The notes below the pieces were generated by a model. That model saw nothing but the letters and a program-made list of their open reading frames with translations. It ran no database searches and had not been told where the DNA came from. The position numbers and the translations under genes were made by a program. From positions 4,672,001-4,736,000 of the forward strand of contig OZ251539.1 of assembly GCA_965243135.1 (NCBI GenBank): DNA of 64,000 nucleotides, in the 5' to 3' direction. This document shows positions 41,187 through 50,815 of this stretch, in pieces. Each line of letters opens with the position of its first letter. Position 1 is the stretch's first letter. This DNA is from Alphaproteobacteria bacterium. GTDB lineage: Bacteria > Pseudomonadota > Alphaproteobacteria > MPNO01 > UBA830.

Positions 41187-42071
41187 TCAGTTTTTCTGTC
41201 TGCGAAGCGCGCGCGCATAGATTTCCTTACGTCGCTGTCCGGTCTCCGCAGCCACCGTTGCCACCGCGTCGCGCACGCTCATCGACTGCAGCGCGTTGTC
41301 GAGCAGCGTCTCCGCATCGGCGGGGGGAGTCTCGGGAGGCGGCCCGGTCAGGATTACGACTTCGCCCTTCGGCGTCGGGCCGCCGCCGAAAGCTGCCGCC
41401 AGCTCCGCCAAGCCGCCCCGAAGAACGTCTTCATGCAGTTTCGTGAGCTCCCGCGCCACGGCGGCCGGGCGGTCTCCCAGAATCTCTTCCATGACTTCAA
41501 GCGAGGCGGCCAGCCGGCGCGGGGATTCGAGAAAGATCAGGCTGGCGCGGACGCTCGCCAATTCCTCGATCGCCTTGCGGCGGGCCTGGTCGTTGGCCGG
41601 CAGATAGCCGGCGAAGAGAAAACGGTCCGTCGGCAGGCCCGAAACGACGAGGGCGGCGAGCGGCGCCGACGGTCCGGGGGCGCAGGTGACCGGGAGGTTC
41701 CGTTCGAGGGCGTCGCGAACCAGCTTGTAACCGGGGTCGGAAATCAGCGGCGTGCCGGCGTCGGACACCAGAGCAACAAGTTTCCCTTCTCCGAGATGTT
41801 CGATCAGCCGCGCACGTTTTTCGGGAGAACTGTGGTCGTGATACGACAACAACTTGCTTTTGATCCCGGCCGCGGCGAGCAGGCGGCCGGTGCGACGCGT
41901 GTCTTCGCACGCGACAATGTCGGCCGCCGCCAACACGTCGAACGCTCGCGCCGTCATGTCGCGCAGATTGCCGATCGGAGTCGCTACGATCCAGAGCCCG
42001 GCGTCCGGCCGTTTACTCGGAACGGCGGCGGCGATAGGGTGATCTGGAATTCGCGAATTCGGAGCCGTCAA
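41187..42071 (-). CDS. rsmI: 16S rRNA (cytidine1402-2'-O)-methyltransferase
   Basis: VATPIGNL.D, ACEDTR, LVSDAGTPLISDPG, FLESPRR, ARELTKLHE; probable TTG start at 42071 with GAGG RBS. Confidence 0.95.
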   Translation of the reverse strand: MTAPNSRIPDHPIAAAVPSKRPDAGLWIVATPIGNLRDMTARAFDVLAAADIVACEDTRRTGRLLAAAGIKSKLLSYHDHSSPEKRARLIEHLGEGKLVALVSDAGTPLISDPGYKLVRDALERNLPVTCAPGPSAPLAALVVSGLPTDRFLFAGYLPANDQARRKAIEELASVRASLIFLESPRRLAASLEVMEEILGDRPAAVARELTKLHEDVLRGGLAELAAAFGGGPTPKGEVVILTGPPPETPPADAETLLDNALQSMSVRDAVATVAAETGQRRKEIYARALRRQKN

Positions 42072-42094
42072 TGCGAGCCTCGTCAACTGTTGGA

Positions 42095-43309
42095 GTGCGC
42101 TCCCTGATGGCGGCCGCTGCAGCGGTCGTGCTCGCCGCCTGCGAGCATACGCCCTCCCCTGCCGCGGGCAAGGCGGAGGTTCGTCCGGCGACGGTTGCAC
42201 CGACGTTGCGCGCCGCGCCTCCGGCGGAGGTTGTCCGCGAGACGCCCGAAGCCGCCATCGCGCCGGAAGCGCCGCAGTCCGTCGCCGTTCGGCGGAACCG
42301 GGTCGCGCTGCTGCTGCCGTTGAGCGGTCCGCACGCCGCCCTTGGGCAGGCGCTCCTGGACGCGGCGCTTCTCGCGCAGTTCGACGCGGCAGCGGACGAC
42401 TTCGTTCTGATGCCGTTCGATACCGCCCCTGGAGGGCGAGCGGCGGCGGCCCGCGCAGTGGAGGCGGGCGCCGGGCTGGTCGTCGGCCCCGTGTTCTCGG
42501 AAGCGGTGTCGCAGGCCGCCGGGATCACGCGCGAGGCGGGCCTGGACATGCTGGCGTTCTCGAACGACAGCACGGTAGCGGGACCGGGAGTGTTTCTTTC
42601 CGGCCTGTCGCCGGAGGCCCAGATTTCCCGGATCGCCGGTTACGCGGTCGGCAAGGGGTTTCGGCGGTTTGCGGCGTTGCTTCCGTCAGGTCCGCTCGGC
42701 GTTCGCGCTCGCGCCGCACTTCAAACGGCGCTTGCGCCGCTGGGCGGGGCCGAAATTCGTTATTTCGGCCAAGGCGCGGGAAGCATCGGAGCGGCGGTTC
42801 GTGCCGTGGCTAGATATTTCCGGCCGAACGGGACCGGCGCGAAAGGGGAGAATGCGCTTCTTCTCGCCGCAAGCGGCAGCGAGCTTACCGATGTCGCGGC
42901 CCAACTGGCTGCATTCAATATCGGCGGCTCCCGCGTTCAAATTCTCGGGTTGGCGAGCTGGCGCGCGCCCGGCATCGGCCGGGAGCCGGCGCTCGCGGGC
43001 GCGTGGTTCGCTTCCATGCCCGAGGATCGCGCCGCCGAGTTCAGACGCGCGTTCGGCGACGTCTACGGCGCGCCGCCCCATGCGCTCGGAACCGTGGTCT
43101 ACGATATGGTTGCGCTGGCGGCGGTTCTGGCGTCTTCCGGGAGCGGACCCACGCGCGCCGCCTTGACCGCGGAAAGCGGGTTTTCGGGCGTCGGCGGGAT
43201 TTTTCGTTTTTTGCCGAACGGCTTGTCGAAACGCGTTCTCGAAGTGCGGGAAGTTCGGCCCGGAGGCACGAAACTTCTTGAAGGAAGCCCGGGAAGCCTT
43301 CTCAACTGA
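42095..43309 (+). CDS. Penicillin-binding protein activator (LppC/LpoA-like lipoprotein)
   Basis: LAAC lipobox; VALLLPLSG, VVGPVFS, AFSND, GFSGVGGIFRF; divergent from rsmI as usual; start uncertain (42071-42107). Confidence 0.88.
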   Translation: MRSLMAAAAAVVLAACEHTPSPAAGKAEVRPATVAPTLRAAPPAEVVRETPEAAIAPEAPQSVAVRRNRVALLLPLSGPHAALGQALLDAALLAQFDAAADDFVLMPFDTAPGGRAAAARAVEAGAGLVVGPVFSEAVSQAAGITREAGLDMLAFSNDSTVAGPGVFLSGLSPEAQISRIAGYAVGKGFRRFAALLPSGPLGVRARAALQTALAPLGGAEIRYFGQGAGSIGAAVRAVARYFRPNGTGAKGENALLLAASGSELTDVAAQLAAFNIGGSRVQILGLASWRAPGIGREPALAGAWFASMPEDRAAEFRRAFGDVYGAPPHALGTVVYDMVALAAVLASSGSGPTRAALTAESGFSGVGGIFRFLPNGLSKRVLEVREVRPGGTKLLEGSPGSLLN

Positions 43310-44483
43310 CTTCGGGAAGCGGCGTCAGGGCGGCGATCAGGGCGTTCAGCCGGAGCCGGCCGGCCCTGCGCGCCCTCAAACCCCGGCCGTCGAGGCGAAG
43401 CAGGCCCTCGCGCGCGAGGGCGGAAACCTTGTCCATGTCGAGGAGTTCCTCGGGTTCCCGTCCGCCGGCCCGGCGAAACGCCTCGCGATCGATGCCGGAA
43501 ACCAGCCTGAGTCCGGTAATCAGAAGTTCCTCGACCCGTTCCGTCCTGTTCAGGGGAACGGCGTTGCGGGTGCCGTGGCCGTTTCGCCGCACGGCGTCGA
43601 GCCACGCCGACGGCTCCGGAATCTGATCCGTCGCGCAGCGGCGTCCTGCGATGCGCACCCGGCCATGGGCGCCCGGTCCGATGCCGATGTAGTCTTCTCC
43701 CCTCCAGCAGGCGAGATTGTGCCGGCACTCGCCTCCAGGACCTGCGTGATTGGAAATCTCGTAGGCCGGGTATCCGGCCTTGCGGGTTTCCGAGTCGGCG
43801 ATCTCCAATAGTTCGACTGCGAGGTCGTCGTCCGGAAGCGAAAACGTTCCGCGACGGCGGGCCGCGAAGAACGGCGTGCCCTTTTCGACGGTCAGTTGAT
43901 AGAGCGACAGATGGTCGCCGGCGAGAGCCAAGGCGTCCTGCAATTGCCGGCGCCATTCCGTCGGTCGGTGGCCGGGAAGGGCGTAGATCATGTCGAAGGA
44001 ATAGCGGTCGAACTCTTTCGCCGCGAGTTCGACGGCGCGTCTGGCGTCCGCGCCGTCATGCATCCGGCCGAGAAACCGGAGCGCATCGTCGTCGAAGGAT
44101 TGCGCGCCGACCGACACGCGGTTGATTCCGGCGGTACGGAAGCCGCCGAACTTTCCGGCTTCCGCTGACGACGGGTTGGCTTCCAGCGTCGCCTCGAGAT
44201 CGGGGGACAGCGACCAGTTGCGCGCGGCCGCGTCCAGGATCGCGCCGGCGGTTTGCGGCGGCATCAGCGACGGCGTGCCGCCTCCGAAGAACACGGTGTT
44301 CAGAGCGCGGTATTCGGTCGCCGCCGCGTAGTGGTCGAGTTCGGAAATCAGCGCGTCGCGCCATGCCCGTTCGTCGATGCGGTCGGCGACATGGCTGTTG
44401 AAATCGCAGTAGGGGCATTTCGAGACGCAGAACGGCCAGTGGACGTAGAGACCGGCTCGGTCGGCGGTCGCGGCCTCCGTCAC
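43302..44483 (-). CDS. hemW: Radical SAM heme chaperone HemW
   Basis: [48 protein letters not shown]. Confidence 0.93.
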   Translation of the reverse strand: MTEAATADRAGLYVHWPFCVSKCPYCDFNSHVADRIDERAWRDALISELDHYAAATEYRALNTVFFGGGTPSLMPPQTAGAILDAAARNWSLSPDLEATLEANPSSAEAGKFGGFRTAGINRVSVGAQSFDDDALRFLGRMHDGADARRAVELAAKEFDRYSFDMIYALPGHRPTEWRRQLQDALALAGDHLSLYQLTVEKGTPFFAARRRGTFSLPDDDLAVELLEIADSETRKAGYPAYEISNHAGPGGECRHNLACWRGEDYIGIGPGAHGRVRIAGRRCATDQIPEPSAWLDAVRRNGHGTRNAVPLNRTERVEELLITGLRLVSGIDREAFRRAGGREPEELLDMDKVSALAREGLLRLDGRGLRARRAGRLRLNALIAALTPLPEVS

Positions 44484-45085
44484 GGCCGCGGCGGCAGGCA
44501 GGCCGCGACCAGTTTGCGAAACGCGCGCGCGCGGTGGCTCTTCGCGTGTTTCTCGGCGGGATCGATTTCGCCGAACGTCAGCGCGTCGCCGTCGGCGACG
44601 AACATGGGATCGTAGCCGAAGCCGCAGTTGCCGCGCGGCGGCCAGATCAGGGCGCCGGAAACGCAGCCTTCGAACGTCTCGGCGTGTCCGTCCGGCCATG
44701 TCAGAGCCAGGGCGCAGACGAAGCGCGCTCGCCGGTCCGGGGACGTTCCGAGAGCGTCGTTCACGCGGGCCATGGCGGCGGCGAAATCGCGTTCCGGTCC
44801 GGCCCACCGGGCGGATCGGATGCCGGGTTCCCCGCCGAGGGCCGCAACCTCGAGGCCGGAATCGTCGGCCAAGGCCGGAAGCTTCGCGGCGCTGGTTGCC
44901 GCATGGGCTTTCAGAAGCGCATTCGCGACGAAAGTCTCGCCGGTTTCTTCGGGTTCCGGCAGCTGGAGCGCGGTTGCCGAAACCGCCGTCAACGACCAGG
45001 GGGAAAGCAGCGTTCCGATTTCCCGCACCTTGCCGGGGTTGTGGCTGGCGACCGCCAGGCGTTCGTCGGCGAGGCGCCTCGCCAT
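44480..45085 (-). CDS. rdgB: dITP/XTP pyrophosphatase
   Basis: ASHNPGK, ADDSGL, GFGYDP, KSHRARA. Confidence 0.96.
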   Translation of the reverse strand: MARRLADERLAVASHNPGKVREIGTLLSPWSLTAVSATALQLPEPEETGETFVANALLKAHAATSAAKLPALADDSGLEVAALGGEPGIRSARWAGPERDFAAAMARVNDALGTSPDRRARFVCALALTWPDGHAETFEGCVSGALIWPPRGNCGFGYDPMFVADGDALTFGEIDPAEKHAKSHRARAFRKLVAACLPPRP

Positions 45086-45792
45086 CAGAGGTCGGCGAGA
45101 GCCATGCGCTGGAGCGTGGTCAGTTCGCCAGCCCCTTTCTTGGCGAGCTCCAGGAGCCGGAGGAACGCTTCCTCGCTGAACGGGCTTTTCTCGGCGGTTC
45201 CCTGAATCTCCACCAGATCGCCGTCGCCGGTAAGCACGAAGTTCGCGTCCGCCTGGGCATCCGAGTCCTCTGCGTAGTCGAGATCGAGAACCGCCTCGCC
45301 CTCGAAGATTCCGCAGGAAACGGCGGCGACGGACCCCCGGATCGGATTGATTTCGCGGCGAAGGGTCGCGACGGCGATCTTGAGCGCCACCCAGGCGCCG
45401 GTGATCGCCGCGGTCCGCGTGCCTCCGTCCGCCTGGATCACGTCGCAGTCCAGCCGAATCTGCCGTTCGCCGAGAGCCTTGAGATCCGTAACCGCCCGGA
45501 GAGACCGGCCGATCAGGCGTTGTATTTCCTGCGTCCGGCCCGACTGTCGACCGCGCGCGGCTTCACGGTCGGTGCGCTGGTGAGTGGACCTCGGCAGCAT
45601 GCCGTATTCGGCGGTGATCCATCCGGCGCCGGTGTTGCGAAGAAACGGCGGGACGCGATCCTCGACGGTCGCGTTGCACAGTACTTGGGTATTGCCGAAA
45701 CGCACGTAGCACGATCCTTCGGCGTAGGGCGAAAAGCCGGTCTCGAGCTTGACGCTTCGCATCTGATCGGGCGCGCGGCCGGACGGGCGCAT
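45085..45792 (-). CDS. rph: Ribonuclease PH
   Basis: [39 protein letters not shown]. Confidence 0.98.
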   Translation of the reverse strand: MRPSGRAPDQMRSVKLETGFSPYAEGSCYVRFGNTQVLCNATVEDRVPPFLRNTGAGWITAEYGMLPRSTHQRTDREAARGRQSGRTQEIQRLIGRSLRAVTDLKALGERQIRLDCDVIQADGGTRTAAITGAWVALKIAVATLRREINPIRGSVAAVSCGIFEGEAVLDLDYAEDSDAQADANFVLTGDGDLVEIQGTAEKSPFSEEAFLRLLELAKKGAGELTTLQRMALADL

Positions 45793-45872
45793 GTAAAATT
45801 CTCCCTTGTCCGTTTCCCGGGCAGGCTATCGGAGACGGAGGCACCGGTAAAGACGCCGGACCAGCCCGTTTC

Positions 45873-47781
45873 GAGCCGCGTGCGCTGTTCGTAACGTCTT
45901 GAAATGCAGACAGCTTTCCGGGGTGCGGAATTTTTTCCTCGGGTACGGAAAACTGCGAATTCTCCGCGCCGAGATTTTCGCGGATTCCACCCCACGGCCG
46001 GCCGGACGCCGCCGCCCTGCGGCAAACGGCCGCACCGGGCAAAAAAATCTGGCCAAAGGGGTTCGCCACGGGTAGTGTTGTCAGCATCTCAACCCACAAC
46101 ACTGTGAGGTACCCGTGGCGACAGAACATTCTTTTCCTGGACCGATGTCGACAGGCTGCCCGACCTCCGGCGTCTGGCGCTGGTCCTCGAAGCGCTGCCG
46201 GACGGGCCGCTGCTGGCGCGGCTCAAGGAGCAGCGCGGGCGCGGGCGCGACGACTATCCGGTTCGCGTGGCGCGCGACGGTCGCGGGCATCGTGCTTCAG
46301 CACGAGTCCATCGAGTCGCTGATTCGAGAACTCAACCGCAACCCGGCGCTTCTGACGCTGTGCGGCTTCAACCCGCTCGACTACCAGGGCAAGCCGAAGG
46401 TCAAGGCCGACGACGACGGCAAGCCGCGGACGACGTCTCCGAAACCTCGCAGCGCGGTTCCCGGGAGCCACAACTTCTCCCGGTTCCTGAGCGCCCTCAT
46501 CAAGCTTGAGAGCAAGGATCCCTGGGTCGGCGGCATGGTCCAAGAGTTGCGGGAGCAGCTGACGGCGGAGTTGCCGGACTTCGGCGAGCACCTCGGCTAC
46601 GACGGCAAGGCAGTGGACAGCCACTCGACGGGGCAGGTCAGCCGCAAGACCGGCAAGACTTCCGACCCGGACGCCAACTGGGGGAAGCACGAGACCGTCG
46701 GCATAGACGGGAGGACCGGCAACCTCTGGACGAAGGTGAAGTCGTGGTTCGGGTTCGGGCTGCACGCCGACACCAAGTACGAGATCCCGGTGGCTTTCAG
46801 CGTTACCCAGGCATCGAGGGCCGAGACCAGGGAACTGGACGCGATGTTGGACAGGCTGTTCGGGGAAACGCCGCTGCTGGCCGGGCGCTGCAAGGACTTC
46901 AGCGCGGACCGGGGGCTCGACAGCGGACCGCTCAAGGCGAAGCTGTGGGACGAGTTCGGCCCCGTTGACGCGCCTGTTGTGGCGGGAAGAGAAGAAAGAC
47001 CCCGACTACGACCCCGACAAGCCCCCGTCCGCTCTTCGACGACAACATCTACCATACCGAGAGGGGCGAGGTGCTGTGCAAATGTCCCGAAACCAACGTC
47101 CAGCGGCACATGGCGTTCCAGGGCTTCGAGGCCAACCGCGGGGCGTGCGGCACCCTCAAGTACCGTTGCCCGGCGGCGGCCTTCGGCTTCGAATGTGCAG
47201 GTCGCAAGGAATGCCACCGGGCCGCCGAGTGCCAGGCCGGCGAGTACGGTCGCATCGTCCGCGTCGACCTGGAGAAGCATGACAGGCGGATGTTCACGCC
47301 GGTCCCCTGGGGCAGCCCCTCCTGGAAGCGCGGACCGCCGCTCCGCCATGGAGCGAATCTACAGCCGGGTCGACAATGCTTACCGCATGGAGAAGCACTA
47401 TGTCCGCGGCCTGCGGCAAATGCGCCTGCGGCTCGGCCTCGTGACAGTGGTCATGATGGCGACAGCGCTCGGGCACCTGCGGGCGGAACGCCAGGAGCGC
47501 ATGCGGTCGCTGGTCGCTCCGGTCGGGCTGCGCGACACGGGATGACCGCCGCGGTCGTCTGACCGCCCCCCCGGCCCCGCAACTGACCGCCTGCGTTCAG
47601 GCCACGGCCCGGCTCGCCCCGGGTTTGCGGCGCGGCGGCGCGGCAACCTGGTATTCGCTTTTTGTTCTGGAGTCTGAGCGTCCGCGAGGCCCTTGCGGGC
47701 CGCCGGCGGGCGGGCGGAGCGGCTCGCGGGGCGTCGGCCGGGCGGCGGACCGACAAAAAAATGGCACAGCGCAAGCGGCTC
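45873..47781 (+). mobile_element. Insertion sequence (1909 bp) with 16-bp TIRs and 5-bp target duplication
   Basis: Left end GAGCCGCGTGCGCTGT (45873-45888); the right end (47766-47781) reverse-complements to GAGCCGCTTGCGCTGT (15/16 match); GTTTC flanks both sides (45868-45872, 47782-47786). Confidence 0.9.
46115..47545 (+). pseudogene. DDE transposase (IS1182/IS5-like), multiply frameshifted
   Basis: RGRDDYPVR, GYDGKAVDS, DPDANWG, WFGF, SADRGLDS, LKYRCPA and RSAMERIYSR are spread over three frames. Confidence 0.85.
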
Positions 47782-47978
47782 GTTTCCAGGTTCCCGATAT
47801 CGCGAGTGCATGCTATCTTTATGGATGAAAACAGGAAGAATTACTATGAAATACTTTGAAACAGAAAGATTTATTTGAGAATCATCGTAAAATCGAAAAT
47901 AAATCGTCCGTGGAACCTTGATTTGGTTTGTGCTAACGTAAACGATAGAATTGCTGTCACGGATGCGGAGAAGGCGAT

Positions 47979-49187
47979 ATGGATGCCGCATATCCGGCGA
48001 CCGTCAACGACGCCCAGTGCGTCCATTCTCGCCGGCATGCTTCAACGGTGGTCGACACGGTGCTGCTCAAGGTTGCGAGCCGGTGCAATCTCGATTGCAG
48101 TTATTGCTACGTCTATCGCATGGGCGACGACGCTTGGCGCAGCCAGCCCAAACGCATGTCGGAGGCCGTTCAACATGCGGCCGTTCGACAGCTGGCGAGT
48201 TTGTATTCCCGACAGCAACATCCGCTCAGCGTTGTGCTGCATGGCGGCGAGCCGCTGCTCATTGGAGCAAGTCGTCTTCGGGACCTTTGCGGGCAACTCC
48301 GCTCCGCCCTTCCCGCTCCGTGCGGAATTCATGTCCAAACGAATGGAATTCTTCTTGCGGACGACGTGATCGATATCTTCGTTGAATACGGCGTCGGAGT
48401 ATCGATCAGCATCGACGGCCCATCGGAGGTCCACGACCGATTTCGCCTTGATCACCAAGGAGGCGGATCACATGAACGCGTCCGGCGCGGAATTTCCCGG
48501 CTGACTGCGCGAACGGACGCGCGTCCCTTGTTTGCCGGAGTTCTGGCGGTGATCGACCCCGCGAGCTGTCCCGACTCCGTTTATCGCTCGCTCAAGGCGA
48601 CTGGCGCTCCGAGCATCGATTTTCTGGTTCGCGACGGAAATCATGCGTGCCTGCCGCCCGGGAAGGAACGCGTCGATTCGACGGAGTTCGGGCGCTGGAT
48701 GGCCAGCCTGCTCGATATCTACCTGAGCGATCCAAACCCGCCGCGAGTACGCATCCTTGACGATATGCTTCGCCTGATTCTCGGAGGAAAGTCGCAGAAG
48801 GAGGGCGTAGGCGTTGCCGATTACGGCATTCTCGTGATCGATACCGACGGCCGGATCAACAAGAACGATACGTTAAAAGCGGCCGGCAGAGCCGCCGACC
48901 GTTTTGAACGGGAGCCATGGTCGATACTGTCCGACAGTCTGCTCGACATCGTTCGCCATCCGGTCTATGCAGACTACTATCGCCAGCAGCGGCCGATGGC
49001 CCCTGCCTGTCTCGCGTGTCCCGAACTCGGCGTTTGCGGCGGCGGAATGGTCGCGCATCGATGGAGCGGGGAGCGGGGCTTCGACAACCCGACGGTGTTC
49101 TGCGCCGATCAATTGCTGCTGATCGGGCGCATGCGGGAGCGGGTCGCGCAATTTCTGGGCCCGTTCAAGCGGCGGGAAGCCGCATGA
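47979..49187 (+). CDS. Cyclophane-forming radical SAM/SPASM peptide maturase (YhhB-like)
   Basis: LKVASRCNLDCSYCYVY, HGGEPLL, QTNG, SIDGP; C-terminal CLACPELGVCGGG...NPTVFC. Confidence 0.88.
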   Translation: MDAAYPATVNDAQCVHSRRHASTVVDTVLLKVASRCNLDCSYCYVYRMGDDAWRSQPKRMSEAVQHAAVRQLASLYSRQQHPLSVVLHGGEPLLIGASRLRDLCGQLRSALPAPCGIHVQTNGILLADDVIDIFVEYGVGVSISIDGPSEVHDRFRLDHQGGGSHERVRRGISRLTARTDARPLFAGVLAVIDPASCPDSVYRSLKATGAPSIDFLVRDGNHACLPPGKERVDSTEFGRWMASLLDIYLSDPNPPRVRILDDMLRLILGGKSQKEGVGVADYGILVIDTDGRINKNDTLKAAGRAADRFEREPWSILSDSLLDIVRHPVYADYYRQQRPMAPACLACPELGVCGGGMVAHRWSGERGFDNPTVFCADQLLLIGRMRERVAQFLGPFKRREAA

Positions 49188-49207
49188 ACAACGAAAAGGA
49201 GCATCCA

Positions 49208-49366
49208 ATGGCTGACAAGCGCGAGGAGGTTCGACCGGATCTGGACATCGAACCAACGAGCATCGACAGCGCCGCTTTGGCTCGACTTGTCGAGGAGGTG
49301 CGGAACAAGGGCGAAACCGTCTCGTCGGTCGCCTATAACCGCACGTACCATCGTCATAACAGGTGA
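49208..49366 (+). CDS. RiPP precursor peptide (YhhA-like triceptide precursor)
   Basis: AAGGAG RBS before ATG 49208 (alternative ATG 49184 overlaps the rSAM stop); leader IDSAALARLVEEVR; core YNRTYHRHNR at the C-terminus. Confidence 0.85.
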   Translation: MADKREEVRPDLDIEPTSIDSAALARLVEEVRNKGETVSSVAYNRTYHRHNR

Positions 49367-49968
49367 CTTGCGCGCTCTTGCGCGAAGACGCGGAAGTGGA
49401 GTTCCACGCCACTCCTTTCCGCTACTTCCTCGCGCGGCATTGCTTCTCGCCGGACCTTGAACCGACGCTTCTCGAATGGTTCGAATCCAGTGCGCCGTGG
49501 CGACTGGTGGAAACCGATTTCTACGAGCAGTACGAGTTCAGCATGTTCGACGCCGCTCTTCCGGAGAACGTTTCCCGGTTGACGGCACCGGAAGGTCTTG
49601 CGGCGTTTCGCTCCGCAATGGGCGCGCTTTTCGACGTCGAATTGGATGATCGGGTCGATCTGGTGGCGCACAGGCTGATGCCCGGACAGCGAATCGCGCT
49701 CCATAACGATTATCTGACCGGACAGGAAACGCATCGTCTCACCGTTCAGCTGAACCGGGGCCTGCGCGACGAGGACGGCGGTTTTTTCATGTTGTTCAAC
49801 AGCGCGGATCCTAACGACGTTGATCGGATCGTCCGTCCGGTCAGCGGAAGCGCGATCGGTTTCGAGATCGGCGAGAATTCCAACCATGCCGTTTCCCTCC
49901 TGCACGGCGGAGAACGCTATACGTTGGTCTACTCGTTCCGTTCCAGGCCCGTTGGTAAGCGAACCTAG
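49363..49968 (+). CDS. 2OG-Fe(II) oxygenase (YhhC-like)
   Basis: LHND (HxD), GGFFMLF, SNHAVS, ERYTLVY; GTGA overlap with the precursor gene. Confidence 0.85.
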   Translation: MTCALLREDAEVEFHATPFRYFLARHCFSPDLEPTLLEWFESSAPWRLVETDFYEQYEFSMFDAALPENVSRLTAPEGLAAFRSAMGALFDVELDDRVDLVAHRLMPGQRIALHNDYLTGQETHRLTVQLNRGLRDEDGGFFMLFNSADPNDVDRIVRPVSGSAIGFEIGENSNHAVSLLHGGERYTLVYSFRSRPVGKRT

Positions 49969-49978
49969 GCAAGCGCTT

Positions 49979-50815
49979 ATGGAGGCGCTGGCTCGTCCGA
50001 CCGAGCCGTGGTTCCCGGGGTTGGCTCGTCCGCTAACCGAAGCTGCTTGGCGAGAATGCAAGCATCGCGGCTTCGATTCCGCAAACTACGGAACGCATCG
50101 CTGGCTGTGCAACGATCCAAAAGCCATGCGCATGGAGGCAGCTGCGCTCAATATTGCTTTCGAGTGCAGGATCGAAAAATTGCCCGCGTCGACCCGCGCT
50201 AGGTACGAAGACTGCGGCTTGACCTTCTCGGAATCTACGTCGGCGGCCGATGTCGCTGCCGTTCGATCTGCGTTGTCTTTCATCGCTCTGCTTCCGAGCT
50301 TGCGGGAGACGATCTCGGCGTATTTGCGGGCTCTGCATATTCTCAAAGCGCCCGGTTCGGATTTCGACGTCAGTCACAGCGATCCGGAGGCGCCATTTTC
50401 GGTTTTCGTGTCGATTCCCCCTTCGTGTCCTGAGGCAGAACTGCGCCTTGCCGAATCCATAGTTCATGAATGTATGCATCTCCAGCTGACGATGATCGAA
50501 GCCGTCACACCGCTTGTTCGAGACTGCTATATCCAAGCTTATTCTCCATGGACCCAAACGACACGGCCACTTGGCGGGATATTGCACGGACTGTATGTGG
50601 TATCCGTGATATACTTCTGGTTCCTGTCCGGTCATGAAAATATAACATCGACTAAGAAAAAATTTGTTCATCAGCGCATGCGCACCATAGAGCGAGAAAT
50701 GAGAGAAACTTCATGGCTCGCCATATCGGAAGGATTAACCGACGCTGGGAAAGCCTTGGTTAGACAGGTTTTGCAACATCAAAAATATTTCATTAACTTT
50801 ATAGATAGTCAATAG
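49979..50815 (+). CDS. HExxH-motif protein (aKG-HExxH type peptide-modifying enzyme)
   Basis: SHSDPEAPFSVFVS, LAESIVHECMHLQL, YSPW...RPLGGILHGLYV; start at ATG 49979 or TTG 49952. Confidence 0.82.
   Translation: MEALARPTEPWFPGLARPLTEAAWRECKHRGFDSANYGTHRWLCNDPKAMRMEAAALNIAFECRIEKLPASTRARYEDCGLTFSESTSAADVAAVRSALSFIALLPSLRETISAYLRALHILKAPGSDFDVSHSDPEAPFSVFVSIPPSCPEAELRLAESIVHECMHLQLTMIEAVTPLVRDCYIQAYSPWTQTTRPLGGILHGLYVVSVIYFWFLSGHENITSTKKKFVHQRMRTIEREMRETSWLAISEGLTDAGKALVRQVLQHQKYFINFIDSQ

Noticed and set aside
47821-47859. Mini-ORF MDENRKNYYEIL resembling a DnaJ N-terminus or a second RiPP precursor
   Set aside because: It stops after 12 codons, with no HPD motif in any following frame and no precursor-like core; likely chance in AT-rich DNA
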